Below are positions 63,147 to 64,000 of a stretch of DNA of 64,000 nucleotides, one piece after another; position 1 is the first letter of the stretch, and each line of letters starts with the position of its first letter. A model generated the notes under the pieces. The model worked only from the letters and a program-made list of their open reading frames with translations, searched no databases and was not told the origin of the DNA. The position numbers and the translations under genes were made by a program. Source of the stretch: Mobula hypostoma (taxonomy: Eukaryota); contig NC_086097.1 in NCBI RefSeq assembly GCF_963921235.1, forward strand, positions 249,118,001 through 249,182,000. Reading direction: 5' to 3'.

Positions 63147-64000
63147 TCCTAGATAGAGTGGACGTGGAAAGGTTGTTTCCTATAGCGGCAGAGTCCAGGA
63201 CTGAATCTGTGGAATTAATTGCCTCAGATGGCTGTGCAGGCCAAGTCACTGGATTTATTTAAAGCAGAGATTGATAAGGTTCTCGATTAGTCAAGGCGTT
63301 AAAGGTTATGGTGAGAAGGCAGGAGAATGGGGTTGAGAGGGATAATAAATCAGCCATGGTGGAGCAGACTTGATGGGTCAAATGGCCTTATTCTGCTCCT
63401 ATGTCTTATCTCTTATTGTCTTCCAGTAATACCTTTTGTGAGTGTCTATTAAATCAACACTCTGACATTTCAGTGGCAATAATACGGCAACTCGAGAAAC
63501 CTGGTCTTTTCTCAAACTGAGTGTTCTTAATAATTATCACTTTTGCCAAATGGCGCAGAGCTGTCCGATAGAGAAAAAAAAGGACGGTTTCTGTGCTTTG
63601 GGAAAACTAGGCATACATCGACAAGGATTTTTAAAATCTTTTTAATCTTTGGCTTATCTGTCTAAAAGCAGAGAACTTTAATGTATCAAATTGATACTTG
63701 CCAAGTATCAAAGCCAAGATTGAGAATGAAGCTGCCTTGCTTTGAAACTAAAGCTTCAAGTCTGCTTGAAATGTGGTCCATAATTATTGGACTTGAAGCA
63801 CAAAGTTTCTTCAGAACACAACTAAACCTGAGGAGAAAATTAATGCAAGGTTCAGAAGCAAGATAGAGCTATTAATTCTTACATTTGACAGGGATACTTT
63901 TAATTCTGGGTGACGGAGTGGAGCAACTTCTCTACCAAAGGAGCTGTAAGGTGCTTCTTCTCTCCACTGGCCTGCAAGTCACCCTTACGCAAGATGTAGC

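Overview
Vertebrate genomic DNA. The repeat families (HE1-type V-SINEs, CR1, Penelope, Rex1/Babar) point to a cartilaginous fish, probably a ray; this is inference. Two host genes end here facing each other. On + are the last two coding exons of a multiplexin collagen, best matching COL15A1 (10024-10136, 12544-12763). On - are the last coding exon of TGFBR1/ALK5 (60651-60776) and a ~3.7 kb repeat-free putative 3' UTR with let-7 and miR-200 seed sites. The ~40 kb between the two 3' ends is a nested mass of transposable elements: CR1 LINEs (one nearly intact), Penelope elements with hammerhead-ribozyme motifs, two Gypsy relics (one with Gmr1-type integrase-before-RT order), an internally deleted HERO/R2-type element, Rex1/Babar ends, SINEs, and Tc1/mariner and hAT MITEs. 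I found no convincing new multi-gene system. The most unusual observations are: a CpG-rich 30-bp minisatellite amplified out of a LINE coding segment; the convergent COL15A1/TGFBR1 arrangement; a 133-bp inverted duplication inside a palindromic mariner MITE; the ZnF-endonuclease mini-HERO; and a templated repair scar through an RT active site. TE boundaries were read by eye and are approximate unless a TSD or terminal motif is quoted. Comparisons to human sequences are from memory, not from a search.
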